Shown: one piece after another, positions 8,127 to 17,200 of the stretch
Position numbering within the stretch: position 1 is the first letter of the stretch
Layout: every line of letters begins with the position of its first letter
Assembly (NCBI GenBank): GCA_041659505.1
Contig: JBAZYF010000005.1
Coordinates: 57,779 to 121,778, forward strand
Direction of reading: 5' to 3'
From: Parcubacteria group bacterium
GTDB taxonomy: Bacteria > Patescibacteriota > Minisyncoccia > Moranbacterales > UBA2206
Length of the DNA stretch: 64,000 nt
The notes under the pieces: model-generated
Databases searched by the model: none
Seen by the model: the letters and a program-made list of their open reading frames with translations, nothing else
Told to the model about the DNA's origin: nothing
Translations under genes and position numbers: made by a program

Positions 8127-9128
8127 ATGGAAAATATTATTAACAGTAGAAAAAGAATCAATCGTTCGATCAAAAAGATCGGAGTGGCTTTGTTGTTTTT
8201 GTTTTTTGCTTTGAGCAGTTTAAAAATGCCGGGAACTAATTCTTTTTTCACCGGGCGGGCGAAAAATAGCGGAAGTTCTTTTTCGGTCGGGACGTGGATT
8301 CCGACTTTACGAATGTCTGTGGATATCCCAATGCCGGAAGATGAGATTTACAAAACAAGGCCGTGTGTGACGCTCGACGCGGATATTAGCGGTGAACATT
8401 CCGGTATTACGATTTGGTATAAATTTTCAGATGATGGTTTATTTTCTGAGTGGATAAAATACGACGAAGAATGCGTGCTGATTCCTGATGGTAACCCGAC
8501 CAATTTTGTGGCGCAAGCTATCAATGATGAACAACCGGAACGCTGGAAAAGCCAGACTGTTTCCGGCATTTTCAGGGTGGATACGACTGCGCCTGTTGTT
8601 AGGATTAACGCTCCGGCGCAGCCTTCCGATCTTTCCGGCACAGTAGCGGTGCGTGGTATGGTGACAGATGCCCATCCCGATCACTATTGGCTGGTGGTGG
8701 AAAATTCTTCCGGAACCCAAATCGCCGGACCGGGAACGGTAAATGATACCAGCTCTTTTTCGGACAAGAAATTTTTTGATTGGGATACGACCAAGGTGCC
8801 GGACGGAAAATATACAATCAAATTGGAAGCGCGTGACAGATTCGGAAATAAGTTGCCAAATCAATCGCCAGTGCTTTTTGACCCGAACAAAGATAATGAT
8901 AGCGTAGATTGGATAGAGGTTAATGTGAAAAATAGTTCGGCCAAAGCGTCCAAGCCTGCAAGCTCTCCTATCAGTGCTCCAACCGCGCCTGATCCAGGAC
9001 TGCAATTCCAAGAATCCGCAGATTTGGGTGTGCAAGGTGAGGCTGATGAAGTGCCGGCGGAAAAAAATGGTGAAGCTGCTTTGGTGCTAAAAGAGGCAGA
9101 GGCGCCAAGTTTGTCGGGAGAAGAATAG
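8127..9128 (+). CDS. Second secreted protein with SipW-cognate-type N-terminus (GTNSFFTGRAKN...GTW) and Ig-like/Pro-Ala-rich C-terminus
   Basis: N-terminus IKKIGVALLFLFFALSSLKMPGTNSFFTGRAKNSG resembles the TasA-class signal. Located immediately downstream of sipW. Confidence 0.6.
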   Translation: MENIINSRKRINRSIKKIGVALLFLFFALSSLKMPGTNSFFTGRAKNSGSSFSVGTWIPTLRMSVDIPMPEDEIYKTRPCVTLDADISGEHSGITIWYKFSDDGLFSEWIKYDEECVLIPDGNPTNFVAQAINDEQPERWKSQTVSGIFRVDTTAPVVRINAPAQPSDLSGTVAVRGMVTDAHPDHYWLVVENSSGTQIAGPGTVNDTSSFSDKKFFDWDTTKVPDGKYTIKLEARDRFGNKLPNQSPVLFDPNKDNDSVDWIEVNVKNSSAKASKPASSPISAPTAPDPGLQFQESADLGVQGEADEVPAEKNGEAALVLKEAEAPSLSGEE

Positions 9129-9166
9129 AGGCTTCTATAGAGGCCTCTATGGAAGCCTCTAAATTT
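9126..9166 (+). terminator. Nested perfect palindrome TAGAGGCTTC-TATAGAGGCCTCTATG-GAAGCCTCTA
   Basis: 10-bp outer and 12-bp inner inverted repeats overlapping the stop codon of the 8127..9128 gene. Confidence 0.5.
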
Positions 9167-9197
9167 TAGTAAGATTAAAATATTTTTTTCTTTTTTA

Positions 9198-9223
9198 CAG
9201 CTGAAATTTCAGCTGTTTTTTTG
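9198..9223 (+). terminator. Rho-independent terminator (CAGCTGAAATTTCAGCTG + T7)
   Basis: Perfect 7-bp stem followed by a T-run. Confidence 0.55.
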
Positions 9224-9330
9224 TCGCCTAAATTTTTCAGCTGGGGATAACTCGCGAGACCATTTTTGTTTTTGCTGTGAGCGAAGAGTAAAAAGCCTCA
9301 ACAGACGCAATAACAGCGCGTATAATTAAA

Positions 9331-9392
9331 CCACAAATTTTGCCTTTGTCAAGCCAAAATTTGCTTGACAATAATTTGGCAATTGATAGAAT
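9331..9392 (+). promoter_or_regulatory. Conserved operator-like palindrome ACAAA-N7-TTTGT (9333-9349) 15 nt upstream of a strong sigma70-like promoter (-35 TTGACA 9365-9370, -10 TAGAAT 9387-9392); copy B
   Basis: Same architecture as 4067-4129. Confidence 0.45.
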
Positions 9393-9533
9393 AAAAACAG
9401 AAAGAAAAAAAATTACCAAAATACAGTTGAATAGTTATTCCTGATTTTCGAAAAATCCTGTTGCGTTTATTATTTTATAACAAACGGAGTATGGAGAAAA
9501 AAATGAAAAAATTTGTGAATATTGTTAGTGCGA

Positions 9534-9570
9534 ACCAACTTTGAGCAGTCTGCTTTGAGTTGGTTTTTTT
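9534..9570 (+). terminator. Terminator-like hairpin CCAACT...AGTTGG followed by T7
   Basis: Sits about 140-175 nt downstream of the 9387 -10 element. Confidence 0.4.
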
Positions 9571-9849
9571 ATAATCCGATTCGAATCTACGAATGAATGC
9601 GAATCTACGAATAAAAGAATAAAAGAATAAAATGCAAATTTAAATAGTGGGTGAGGAAAAATAAAAATAAAAAAGGTACCAAAAATAAAAAGTTGAAAAA
9701 GGAGGAATAACGTTGAAGCTGTAGTTTTACATAATGCTAAAGAGTTAGTCGGTGATGATTTCTTGAAGCCAATTTGGTCGCTTGTTTCCGTTTTTGGCGG
9801 AATAAGTTTCAGGAAGGAGCCAATAGCGAAACCGGACTGCGGGTCAGTG

Positions 9850-9910
9850 CCGGTTTTTTTGTATTCTACGAATTACCTGCCTACGCTAAAGCTTCGGTAG
9901 GCGGGCAAAT
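9850..9910 (+). repeat. Conserved intergenic module T7-GTATTCTACGAATTA-CCTGCCTAC-loop-GGTAGGCGGG, copy 2 of 3
   Basis: Matches 4418-4477 at about 52 of 57 nt. The stem differences (T to C on one side, C to T / A to G on the other) still allow pairing. Confidence 0.6.
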
Positions 9911-10160
9911 ATATGAATGAATAAAAAAAGTACTTTGAGATTTTTTTGGAAAGTCGACCACTTCTAGTCAGGGAAAATTTAGCTGACTTGTGGTGGCTGG
10001 CTTTTTGGATAAGCGGTTATAATTTAGGCCCCCTTTTCTTAAGGGGGCGTGCCCTCCGGAAACGGGAGTTTAAATCAAAGTTTGCTTATCATGGAAAGTA
10101 TATCTCGTCACTTTTTGGCTAGTTAAGAAAAGTGACACCAGAGATCAGCTAGAAAGAGAG

Positions 10161-10649
10161 GTGCGAAATAAAATGAAAAAAATTACAATGCTAAGCGCAA
10201 TCGTTTTTGCTTTTGTTATGACTGCTAATTTGGCGTTTGCTGGAACTGGCAATATGCAAATGAACAGCGTCCAAAATTCTGACAACGGAGTTTCTTCGAT
10301 GGCAACAACTGGTGATAATTATATCAATCAGGCTTTCTCAGGTGGAGGTGCTTACGTTAGAACGGGATCAGCGGTATCTTATACAGCCGGTGTAGCTGCG
10401 ATGAACACAAATGTAGCTGTCAATGGTGGCGCTATGCAAGTTGGCACCGTCAAGGGTTCCACAAACTATGTTCAATCAGGTGCTGGAACAGGAATGAATC
10501 AAATTAACCAGAACATGGTTCTTAGGGGTGGATCAATGGTGAATACCGGAGCAGCAGTTTCAGGTGCAAAGGGGATTTCTCTGATGAATACTAATGTTTC
10601 AGTCGGATGTCCTTGCACAACTAACACCTGCAATTCTTGCAGACGCTAG
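10161..10649 (+). CDS. Secreted repeat protein, family 'NSGDN/TGD...NTN[IV]', member 1; C-terminal CPC...C..C
   Basis: Signal peptide MKKITMLSAIVFAFVMTANLAFA. Repeats TGDNYINQAFSGGGAYVRTGSAVSYTAGVAAMNTNVAV and GAGTGMNQ...NTGAAVSGAKGISLMNTNVSV. Confidence 0.6.
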   Translation: MRNKMKKITMLSAIVFAFVMTANLAFAGTGNMQMNSVQNSDNGVSSMATTGDNYINQAFSGGGAYVRTGSAVSYTAGVAAMNTNVAVNGGAMQVGTVKGSTNYVQSGAGTGMNQINQNMVLRGGSMVNTGAAVSGAKGISLMNTNVSVGCPCTTNTCNSCRR

Positions 10650-10710
10650 TTTTTTACAAAAAATTTTCCCAAGCGGAGACTAGCCTCCGCTTGGGGGGAA
10701 AACAAAGATT

Positions 10711-11226
10711 ATGTCAAAAAAGTTATTTATAAAATCGATCAATTGTCTTTCAATCTTCGCGCTGGTGTTTTTCTGTGGAATAAATTTGGTTTTGGCCAAG
10801 GAAAATAGCAGTGTGAATGTGGAAAGTCGGGTGAGCGCGACGGCGAATTCGGGTGGGAATACAATTTCTGGTTCCGGCACGATCACGACCGGCGATGCTA
10901 GTGCTTCTGCAAAATCGATTACTTTAGTCAATGGCGGGGAGAATGTGAAAATAGTGACGGAAGCGAGGGCGGAAACGGGCGGAAAGAATTCAACGGCCAG
11001 TGTGGAGGTGAATGGCGAAAAAGCGGTTTGCGCCGGTGATGATGACGGTTGCGAAGTGGAAATCAGCAGTGAGGCCGAGCTGGCCGAAGAAGAAAGGATC
11101 TTTCAAGAAGAGAAGCAGATCGAAGAAGCGATCGACTTGGATGAAGTAGAGCCGGAAAAAAATTTTGGCTCTACGGTGCAAAATTTTTTTTCTGGGATAG
11201 TGGGGAAAATAAGGAGTTGGTTTTGA
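10711..11226 (+). CDS. Secreted repeat protein, same family, member 2; acidic C-terminal tail
   Basis: Signal peptide, then ATANSGGNTISGSGTITTGDASASAKSITLVNGGENVKIV. Confidence 0.6.
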   Translation: MSKKLFIKSINCLSIFALVFFCGINLVLAKENSSVNVESRVSATANSGGNTISGSGTITTGDASASAKSITLVNGGENVKIVTEARAETGGKNSTASVEVNGEKAVCAGDDDGCEVEISSEAELAEEERIFQEEKQIEEAIDLDEVEPEKNFGSTVQNFFSGIVGKIRSWF

Positions 11227-11233
11227 ATAAAAG

Positions 11234-11276
11234 TGTCATCCTGAGCGAAGCCCGTACTTGGACGCTCAGGATGACA
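11234..11276. repeat. Perfect 14-bp inverted repeat TGTCATCCTGAGCG / CGCTCAGGATGACA with 14-nt loop; related half-sites recur downstream (CAGGATGACAG at about 11291, GGGAATGACAAG at about 11313)
   Basis: Read directly. No T-run follows. Sits between the genes for family members 2 and 3. Confidence 0.5.
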
Positions 11277-11397
11277 ATTAGGGTTCAGGATGACAGAGAA
11301 AATGCGGGAATGACAAGGAGAGTGGCGGGGTATCTTTCTAAGGTTTCTCGTCAAGATAGGAATAATAATGCGAGGTTTTTTGTTAAGGGTGAGGAAT

Positions 11398-14184
11398 ATG
11401 CAAAAAATATCGGATAAAATTTTGAATAATGCGCTGGTGCTTCTGGTAATTTTGAACTTGGCCAGCTATCAGGTTGTTTTGCCGATTGCTATTTCGCGCG
11501 CGGATGATACAGACAGCGGGACAACGACAGAGGTGAAGGCGGAGGAAAGTTCTTCTGACTCGGACTCTGGGGCGGATAAAGAGGATGAAAAAATAGAGGA
11601 AGAAAAAAAGGCTGAAGTAGATGAGAAAGAAGACGCGACCACAGAGGAGAAAAAGAGCGATCTGAAAGTTGCTGAGCCTGAAGTCAAGCCAGTGCCGGAA
11701 GTTGATTTGGTGACAACTGGTGCGGGTTCGGCGGATGCCGATGAACCTTTGGTGGTTTCCGATGATGCAGTTTCGGCGGTTATCCAAAGCGACACGGCCG
11801 CAGAAGTTGAGGCCGAAAATACTTGCGCGTGCCAAAAAGATCCGGAGGAGAATAATGATGAAGAAAAAACTTGCTCGAGCGATTGTGCTTGTGGCCAGCC
11901 GGCAGATTGCCAATCAGCTGTGGTGCAGACGAATGTGGCACAGGAAGTGATCAACACAACGGAAGCTGTCGCGGTTACGGGCGAAAATACGATTGCGGGG
12001 GTAGTCGCGGGAATGAATTCAACAGAAGTTGTAGAACAAAACAGCGATCAGGTACAGGATGCTGATACTGATAATAATGCTGATAGAAATACTAATAAGG
12101 ATAATTCCGAGCCGGAAGCTAGCGAGGAAAAGCAAGCTCAGATCATCACGGGCGACGCCACTGCCGGAGCAGTGGCGGTCAATGAGATCAATACCAATAT
12201 CTACACGGACAACGGTGTGCAATATCAGCAAAATATCACAGGCGATTTTACCGGCGACATCAATCTGATCGAAACTTTCGACAGTGTTTTGGATAGCGCG
12301 CAAAAATTGAACGAAGAAAATCAAAAAGCGTTGGAAAAGGTGACGGTGACAAATGTGAACGTAGCGGAAAAAGTGGAAAATACGGTTCTGGCGAACGCGA
12401 ACAGCGGGGATAATTTGGTTGAGGCGCTAGACTCCGCGGCGGAAATCGTGACCGGTAGTGCCCAGGCGCTGGCGGGCGCGGTTAACTATATCAATACGAA
12501 CATCGTTGGAAATAATTGGCTTTTTGCGCAGATTAATATTTTGGGCAATTGGACGGGGGATTTAATCGTGCCGGGAGAAGGGCTGTTCGAACTGCCTTCG
12601 GCGGGAATGGTTTTTGAAAACATCACCAATATTAATCTGGCCAAAAGTATTACTAACTTTCTTTCTTCTGATGCGAACTCGGGGGATAATTCAGTGACTT
12701 CCGCAACGGGTGATGTGATGGTGGCAACGGGAGACGCGACCGCGACGAGTAATGGAACGACGCTGGTCAATACGAACATCGCTAATAATAATTGGTTCTA
12801 TCTTTTGATCAATAATGCCGGCAATTGGACCGGGCAAGTCTTTAATTGGAACAATGGCAACGCCAGTTTGGCGTATGAATATAATTTTGGCAGTCAAATG
12901 GGAGCTGACGCGCCAGTGACAAAAAGTGTCAGCGTGAATAATTATAATAGCGCGGAAGAGGTTAGCAACACGGTTGTGGCTCGGGCGAATACCGGTGAGA
13001 ATTCTATCTCCGAGGTAGTAGGCGATGCGACAATCGCGACGGGGGACGCGGTGGCGCGTGCCAGTGCGTTTAATTTTATCAATACGAACATCGTCGGCAA
13101 TAATTGGTTTATGGCGGTGGTGAATAATGCCGGCACGTGGAACGGGGATTTGGTTTTTGGTTATCCGGATCTGGCGGTGGATCTGTCAGCGGATAAAAAT
13201 ACGCTTGAGCCGGGGCAGAGTTTGACTTATGCCGTGAAGTATAAAAATAGCGGCCAGGCAAAATGTGGGAATGTTGAGCTGATGCTGTCACTGCCGGATA
13301 ATTTTTTCTACCAATCAGATAGTCTAGGTGCAGCGCGCAAAAACGGTAATGACTATTTTTGGTCCGCACCGGGCCTCAAGGCGGGAGAAGAAAAAACTTT
13401 TAGCGTGACGGTATTGCTCGATCCAAACACCGGAGCAAACGTGGCGTCTTTGGAAAGTGTGGCGGGAGTAAAAACGGACACGCAAGAAGTGGCGCTGGCG
13501 AATAACTATGCCAGTGAAAAAACCGATCTTATCTTTCTGGCTGATTCAAGTGTGATGATCCAAAACGGATTGCCGGAAAAAAATGGCAAGCTTTCTGTCA
13601 CACGACAAGAGGAGGCAACCGTTGCCGTCGGATCGATTTCCGGTCATAGTATTTTTGTCAAAAATTCCGGCAAGGACACACTCTATAATCTGGAAGTCAA
13701 AGAGGCAATCAAAAATCCGTCCGGAGAAACGATGGTGGAATATGTCTGGCCGATCGAGAAATTGAAAAAGGGCCAGACGGCGACGATCCAATATCAGATC
13801 TTTGTCGATCCAGCGATGGCATTAGGCGACTATAAATATGTTGCTTCTGCTGTGGCAATTGATTATTATGGCCGCCAAGTAGAAAGTAAAAAAGCTTCCA
13901 AGACCGTAGCGTTTATTGGAGGTGCTCCAGGTCAAACAAACGCATACGCTAGTGATGAGAATGGTTTGATTTCTCCCGAAGCTGTTTTAGCGCCAGAAGA
14001 AGTGAATACTATTCCGGAAGTTTTGGGGACAGCCACAGAGGCGAATAAAATTGCTTGGCAATGGTTTCTAGTACTCATGCTTGTCCCACTGGCTTTTTAT
14101 GCCCAACGAAAAGAGATTTATCGTTGGGAAACTATCCAGAAATTTTCCAGACAGATGGGCAGTTTTTTGAGTTCGTTTTTGTAA
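11398..14184 (+). CDS. Large surface protein: signal peptide, acidic region, three ~90-aa 'NSGDN...TGDA...NTNI.NNW...GNWTGD' repeats, DUF11/CARDB-like domains, C-terminal TM anchor
   Basis: RBS ggtgaggaatATG at 11398. Repeats begin at NSGDNLVEALDSAAEIVTGSAQALAGAVNYINTNIVGNNW, NSGDNSVTSATGDVMVATGDATATSNG...NTNIANNNW and NTGENSISEVVGDATIATGDAVARASAFNFINTNIVGNNW. DUF11-like stretch LTYAVKYKNSGQAKCGNVELMLSLP. C-terminal WQWFLVLMLVPLAFYAQRKE. Confidence 0.7.
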   Translation: MQKISDKILNNALVLLVILNLASYQVVLPIAISRADDTDSGTTTEVKAEESSSDSDSGADKEDEKIEEEKKAEVDEKEDATTEEKKSDLKVAEPEVKPVPEVDLVTTGAGSADADEPLVVSDDAVSAVIQSDTAAEVEAENTCACQKDPEENNDEEKTCSSDCACGQPADCQSAVVQTNVAQEVINTTEAVAVTGENTIAGVVAGMNSTEVVEQNSDQVQDADTDNNADRNTNKDNSEPEASEEKQAQIITGDATAGAVAVNEINTNIYTDNGVQYQQNITGDFTGDINLIETFDSVLDSAQKLNEENQKALEKVTVTNVNVAEKVENTVLANANSGDNLVEALDSAAEIVTGSAQALAGAVNYINTNIVGNNWLFAQINILGNWTGDLIVPGEGLFELPSAGMVFENITNINLAKSITNFLSSDANSGDNSVTSATGDVMVATGDATATSNGTTLVNTNIANNNWFYLLINNAGNWTGQVFNWNNGNASLAYEYNFGSQMGADAPVTKSVSVNNYNSAEEVSNTVVARANTGENSISEVVGDATIATGDAVARASAFNFINTNIVGNNWFMAVVNNAGTWNGDLVFGYPDLAVDLSADKNTLEPGQSLTYAVKYKNSGQAKCGNVELMLSLPDNFFYQSDSLGAARKNGNDYFWSAPGLKAGEEKTFSVTVLLDPNTGANVASLESVAGVKTDTQEVALANNYASEKTDLIFLADSSVMIQNGLPEKNGKLSVTRQEEATVAVGSISGHSIFVKNSGKDTLYNLEVKEAIKNPSGETMVEYVWPIEKLKKGQTATIQYQIFVDPAMALGDYKYVASAVAIDYYGRQVESKKASKTVAFIGGAPGQTNAYASDENGLISPEAVLAPEEVNTIPEVLGTATEANKIAWQWFLVLMLVPLAFYAQRKEIYRWETIQKFSRQMGSFLSSFL

Positions 14185-14215
14185 TTGATAAATAATTTTT
14201 TATATTTAAAACAAA

Positions 14216-17200
14216 ATGAAAAGGGTGAGAAAAAATGGACGCCGCTGGGCGTCGAAGATTTTTAGTATCTGGGTGATTCTTCTCCTGTTATTTCAGCCGA
14301 TCGGCACACCAGGAATGTTGGCGATCGCCGAAGAGTTGTCGCCTGCGCCGACGGTTGAAAAAGAAGCTTCTAAAGAAGCTTCTAAAGAAGATCCTAAATC
14401 AGAGGAGAAAGTTGAGGTTGAAAAAGAGGCGCCGAAAGCGGAAGTCGTTGCTCCGGTAGAAAAAACTGATCCGGTGCCAGCACCAAAAGAAGAGCCGAAG
14501 GGCGATCCAGTCGTTCCCGTTGAAAAACCGGCCGAAAAAACTGAACCTGCTGCCGCTGGCTCCATAAGCGATCCGATTGTCGAGGCAGAACCAGCAGGAG
14601 AAATTACCCCCGAAGCGGCTTCCACGGAAAAAGTTGATGGTGCAAGCATAACAGCTTCGGAAATGCCGAAAGTGGAAACGCCCGTCGAAGATGCTCCAGA
14701 TTTGACACAAGAAGTAAAAAAAGAAACTTGGTCGGTGGATGGCAAAAAAGCTACAACTAATGAACCGGTCGAACTGGAGAAGGAATATAAATTTCCGGGC
14801 GATGAGGATGTGAGCGTAAGATTTACGAAACTGCCGGAAAAGCCCGGCACGCTTTCGATCGAAGAGATTGGATTGAGTGATAAACAAGTGGAAGAGCTGG
14901 GCGCGCTTTCTAAGATTGCCTATGACATTACTTCGACGATGGAGGACGGCAGTTTTGAGTATGACTTGAGTTTGCCAAAATCAAAAGATGATAAGAATGT
15001 CCAAGTAAAATTTGCCGAAAAAATTTCCGAGCTGGATGATGCGAGAATTATTTCCGCTGATGATGTGACGGAAAAAAATGATTCGGTGAATGTGGAAAAG
15101 TTGGATCATTTTACGGTGTTTGTGGTAGTGGAGTGGAATTTTCCCAATAACCCAGACAATTCTATTGCCGATGATGGAATCGCTTCTAACCTGGCTAGAA
15201 ATATGACAGTAGTAGGGGCGACAAACTTGTTATTTAGTTCCTCTGGCGCAACAAGCAATTCAGCTTCTGCTGATCATTGGAATGGTGGTTCCGGAATAAA
15301 GTATTGGCAAGTCGAATTTGATTCCTCGGGCTATAATTCCATAAGATTATATTCCAAGCAAAGAAGTTCCAATACCGGTCCTCGAGATTTTAAAATTCAA
15401 TATTCTACTGACTCTGGGTCTGATTGGGCGGATATTTCAGGCGGTAATATAGTTGTTGCAAATAATTATACGGCAGGAGTTATCGCCGAACTTCATTTAC
15501 CTACTCAATGCAATAATCGCGCATCTGTCTATTTGCGTTGGATTATGACATCGGATACTTCAGTCAGTGGCGGAGCTGTTGGAAATACTGGCGTGAGTAA
15601 TATTGATGATATCATAGTTAAGGGTGAAGAAATAGAAATCGTACCAGATGCAGACGGAGATGATGTTCCAGATTCACAAGACAATTGTATCAATACTCCA
15701 AATGGCCCAAAGCAAATAAACGACAATCAGCTGGATGATGACGGTGACGGACTTGGCAATGCTTGTGATATATTGAATTGTATAGCCACAGGCGAAGAAA
15801 GCTGTAACGATTTGGTGGATAATGATTGCGATGGAGAAATCAATGAAGATTGTGTGATTTCTTTTTGCGGAAATGGAACAGTCGATTTCGGTGAGGACTG
15901 TGATATCAACTCACAAAAGCAAGCTTGCCTTACTGACGGCGGATATCCCGGAGAGATAACTTGTGGCGAAAGCTGTTCGTGGAATAATTATTGCTATCCC
16001 ATAGCGGGATGCGGAGACGGAATTATGAATGGACCAGAACAGTGTGATGACGGAAATGAGATTTCTGGCGATGGATGCGAAAACGATTGTACAGTCACTC
16101 CACAAGCTGAATTTTGCGGAGACGGGATTGTGAACGGTGATGAAAAATGTGATGATGGGAATGTCGTGTCGGGTGACGGTTGCAGTGCGAGTTGTGAAGT
16201 TGAAAAGACTGGTTCGATTTCCGGCAAAAAATTTGAAGATTGTAGTGCGAACGGAATATTTGATCGTTGTGAACAAGGGATGCGTGGTTGGGCAATTTTT
16301 ATTGACAAAAACAATGATGGAATTTTGGACCCGGAAGAAAATGTCGCATTGACCGGCAAGGGGGGTTATTATATTTTTACCAATCTTTATCCGGGCACTT
16401 ATCGTATTTGCGAAGCGTCCAAAGCCGGTTGGATCCAGACAGCACCCGGCGAAGATGGATGTCACGAAGTGGTTTTGAACGGGGAAAGATTGACCGGATA
16501 TGATTTTGGAAATTTCAAATTGGGCACAGTGTCTGGCCGAAAATTCAACGATCTTAACGGCAACGGTTGGAAAAATTTCAATGAGCCCTATCTCAATGAT
16601 TGGACGATTAGACTGTATGATTCCACTTGGCAAAAAGTGGCGGAAACCGCAACGGCGGGAAGTGGTTGGGAAAAAGGTCAATATAGTTTTGATAGCCTTG
16701 AGCGCGGAACGAATTATATCTGCGAAGCGATGAGCGAAGGTTGGGAGCAGACTAGTCCGAAAAACGGCTGGAGCGTGGTAAACAATCTTTCGGGGATGGA
16801 GGATGAGGGCGCGAAATGTTGGAAGGTAGAGGATACTTGTTCAGGGAACGTATTTGCCGGAAAAAGTTTTGGCAATCATTTCACACCGCCTGCGCCGACG
16901 GGAAAAATTTCTGGCGTTAAATTTGAGGATACCAATGGTAACCAGCTGAAAGAGGAGAGCGAAGCAAAGCTTTCCGGCTGGACTATCTATCTGGATGCAA
17001 ATAATAATTCGCAAAAAGATCCGGGCGAGCTAAACACGATCACAGATGCTAATGGCTACTATGAATTTGTTGGACTGACGCTGAGGAATTATTATGTGCG
17101 CGAAGAGAATCAGGCTGGTTGGATACAAACTACGCCCTATCACAACAATGGCGCCTATTATGTCTCGCTCAACAAATGTCACCTGGAGGCGGGCGGAATG

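Noticed and set aside
8439-9035. 198-aa minus-strand ORF overlapping 8127..9128
   Set aside because: Entirely contained within a better-supported + strand gene, with no motif support.
11217-11417. 66-aa ORF spanning the 11234-11320 palindromes
   Set aside because: It reads through the inverted repeats and regulatory half-sites and has no RBS. It is more likely a non-coding regulatory region.
15911-16681. Long antisense ORFs inside the giant surface-protein gene (15911..16681 -, 18323..19057 -, 14293..14850 -)
   Set aside because: These are shadow ORFs on the opposite strand of a gene with strong domain evidence. They show no RBS, and their low-complexity translations mirror the sense-strand repeats.
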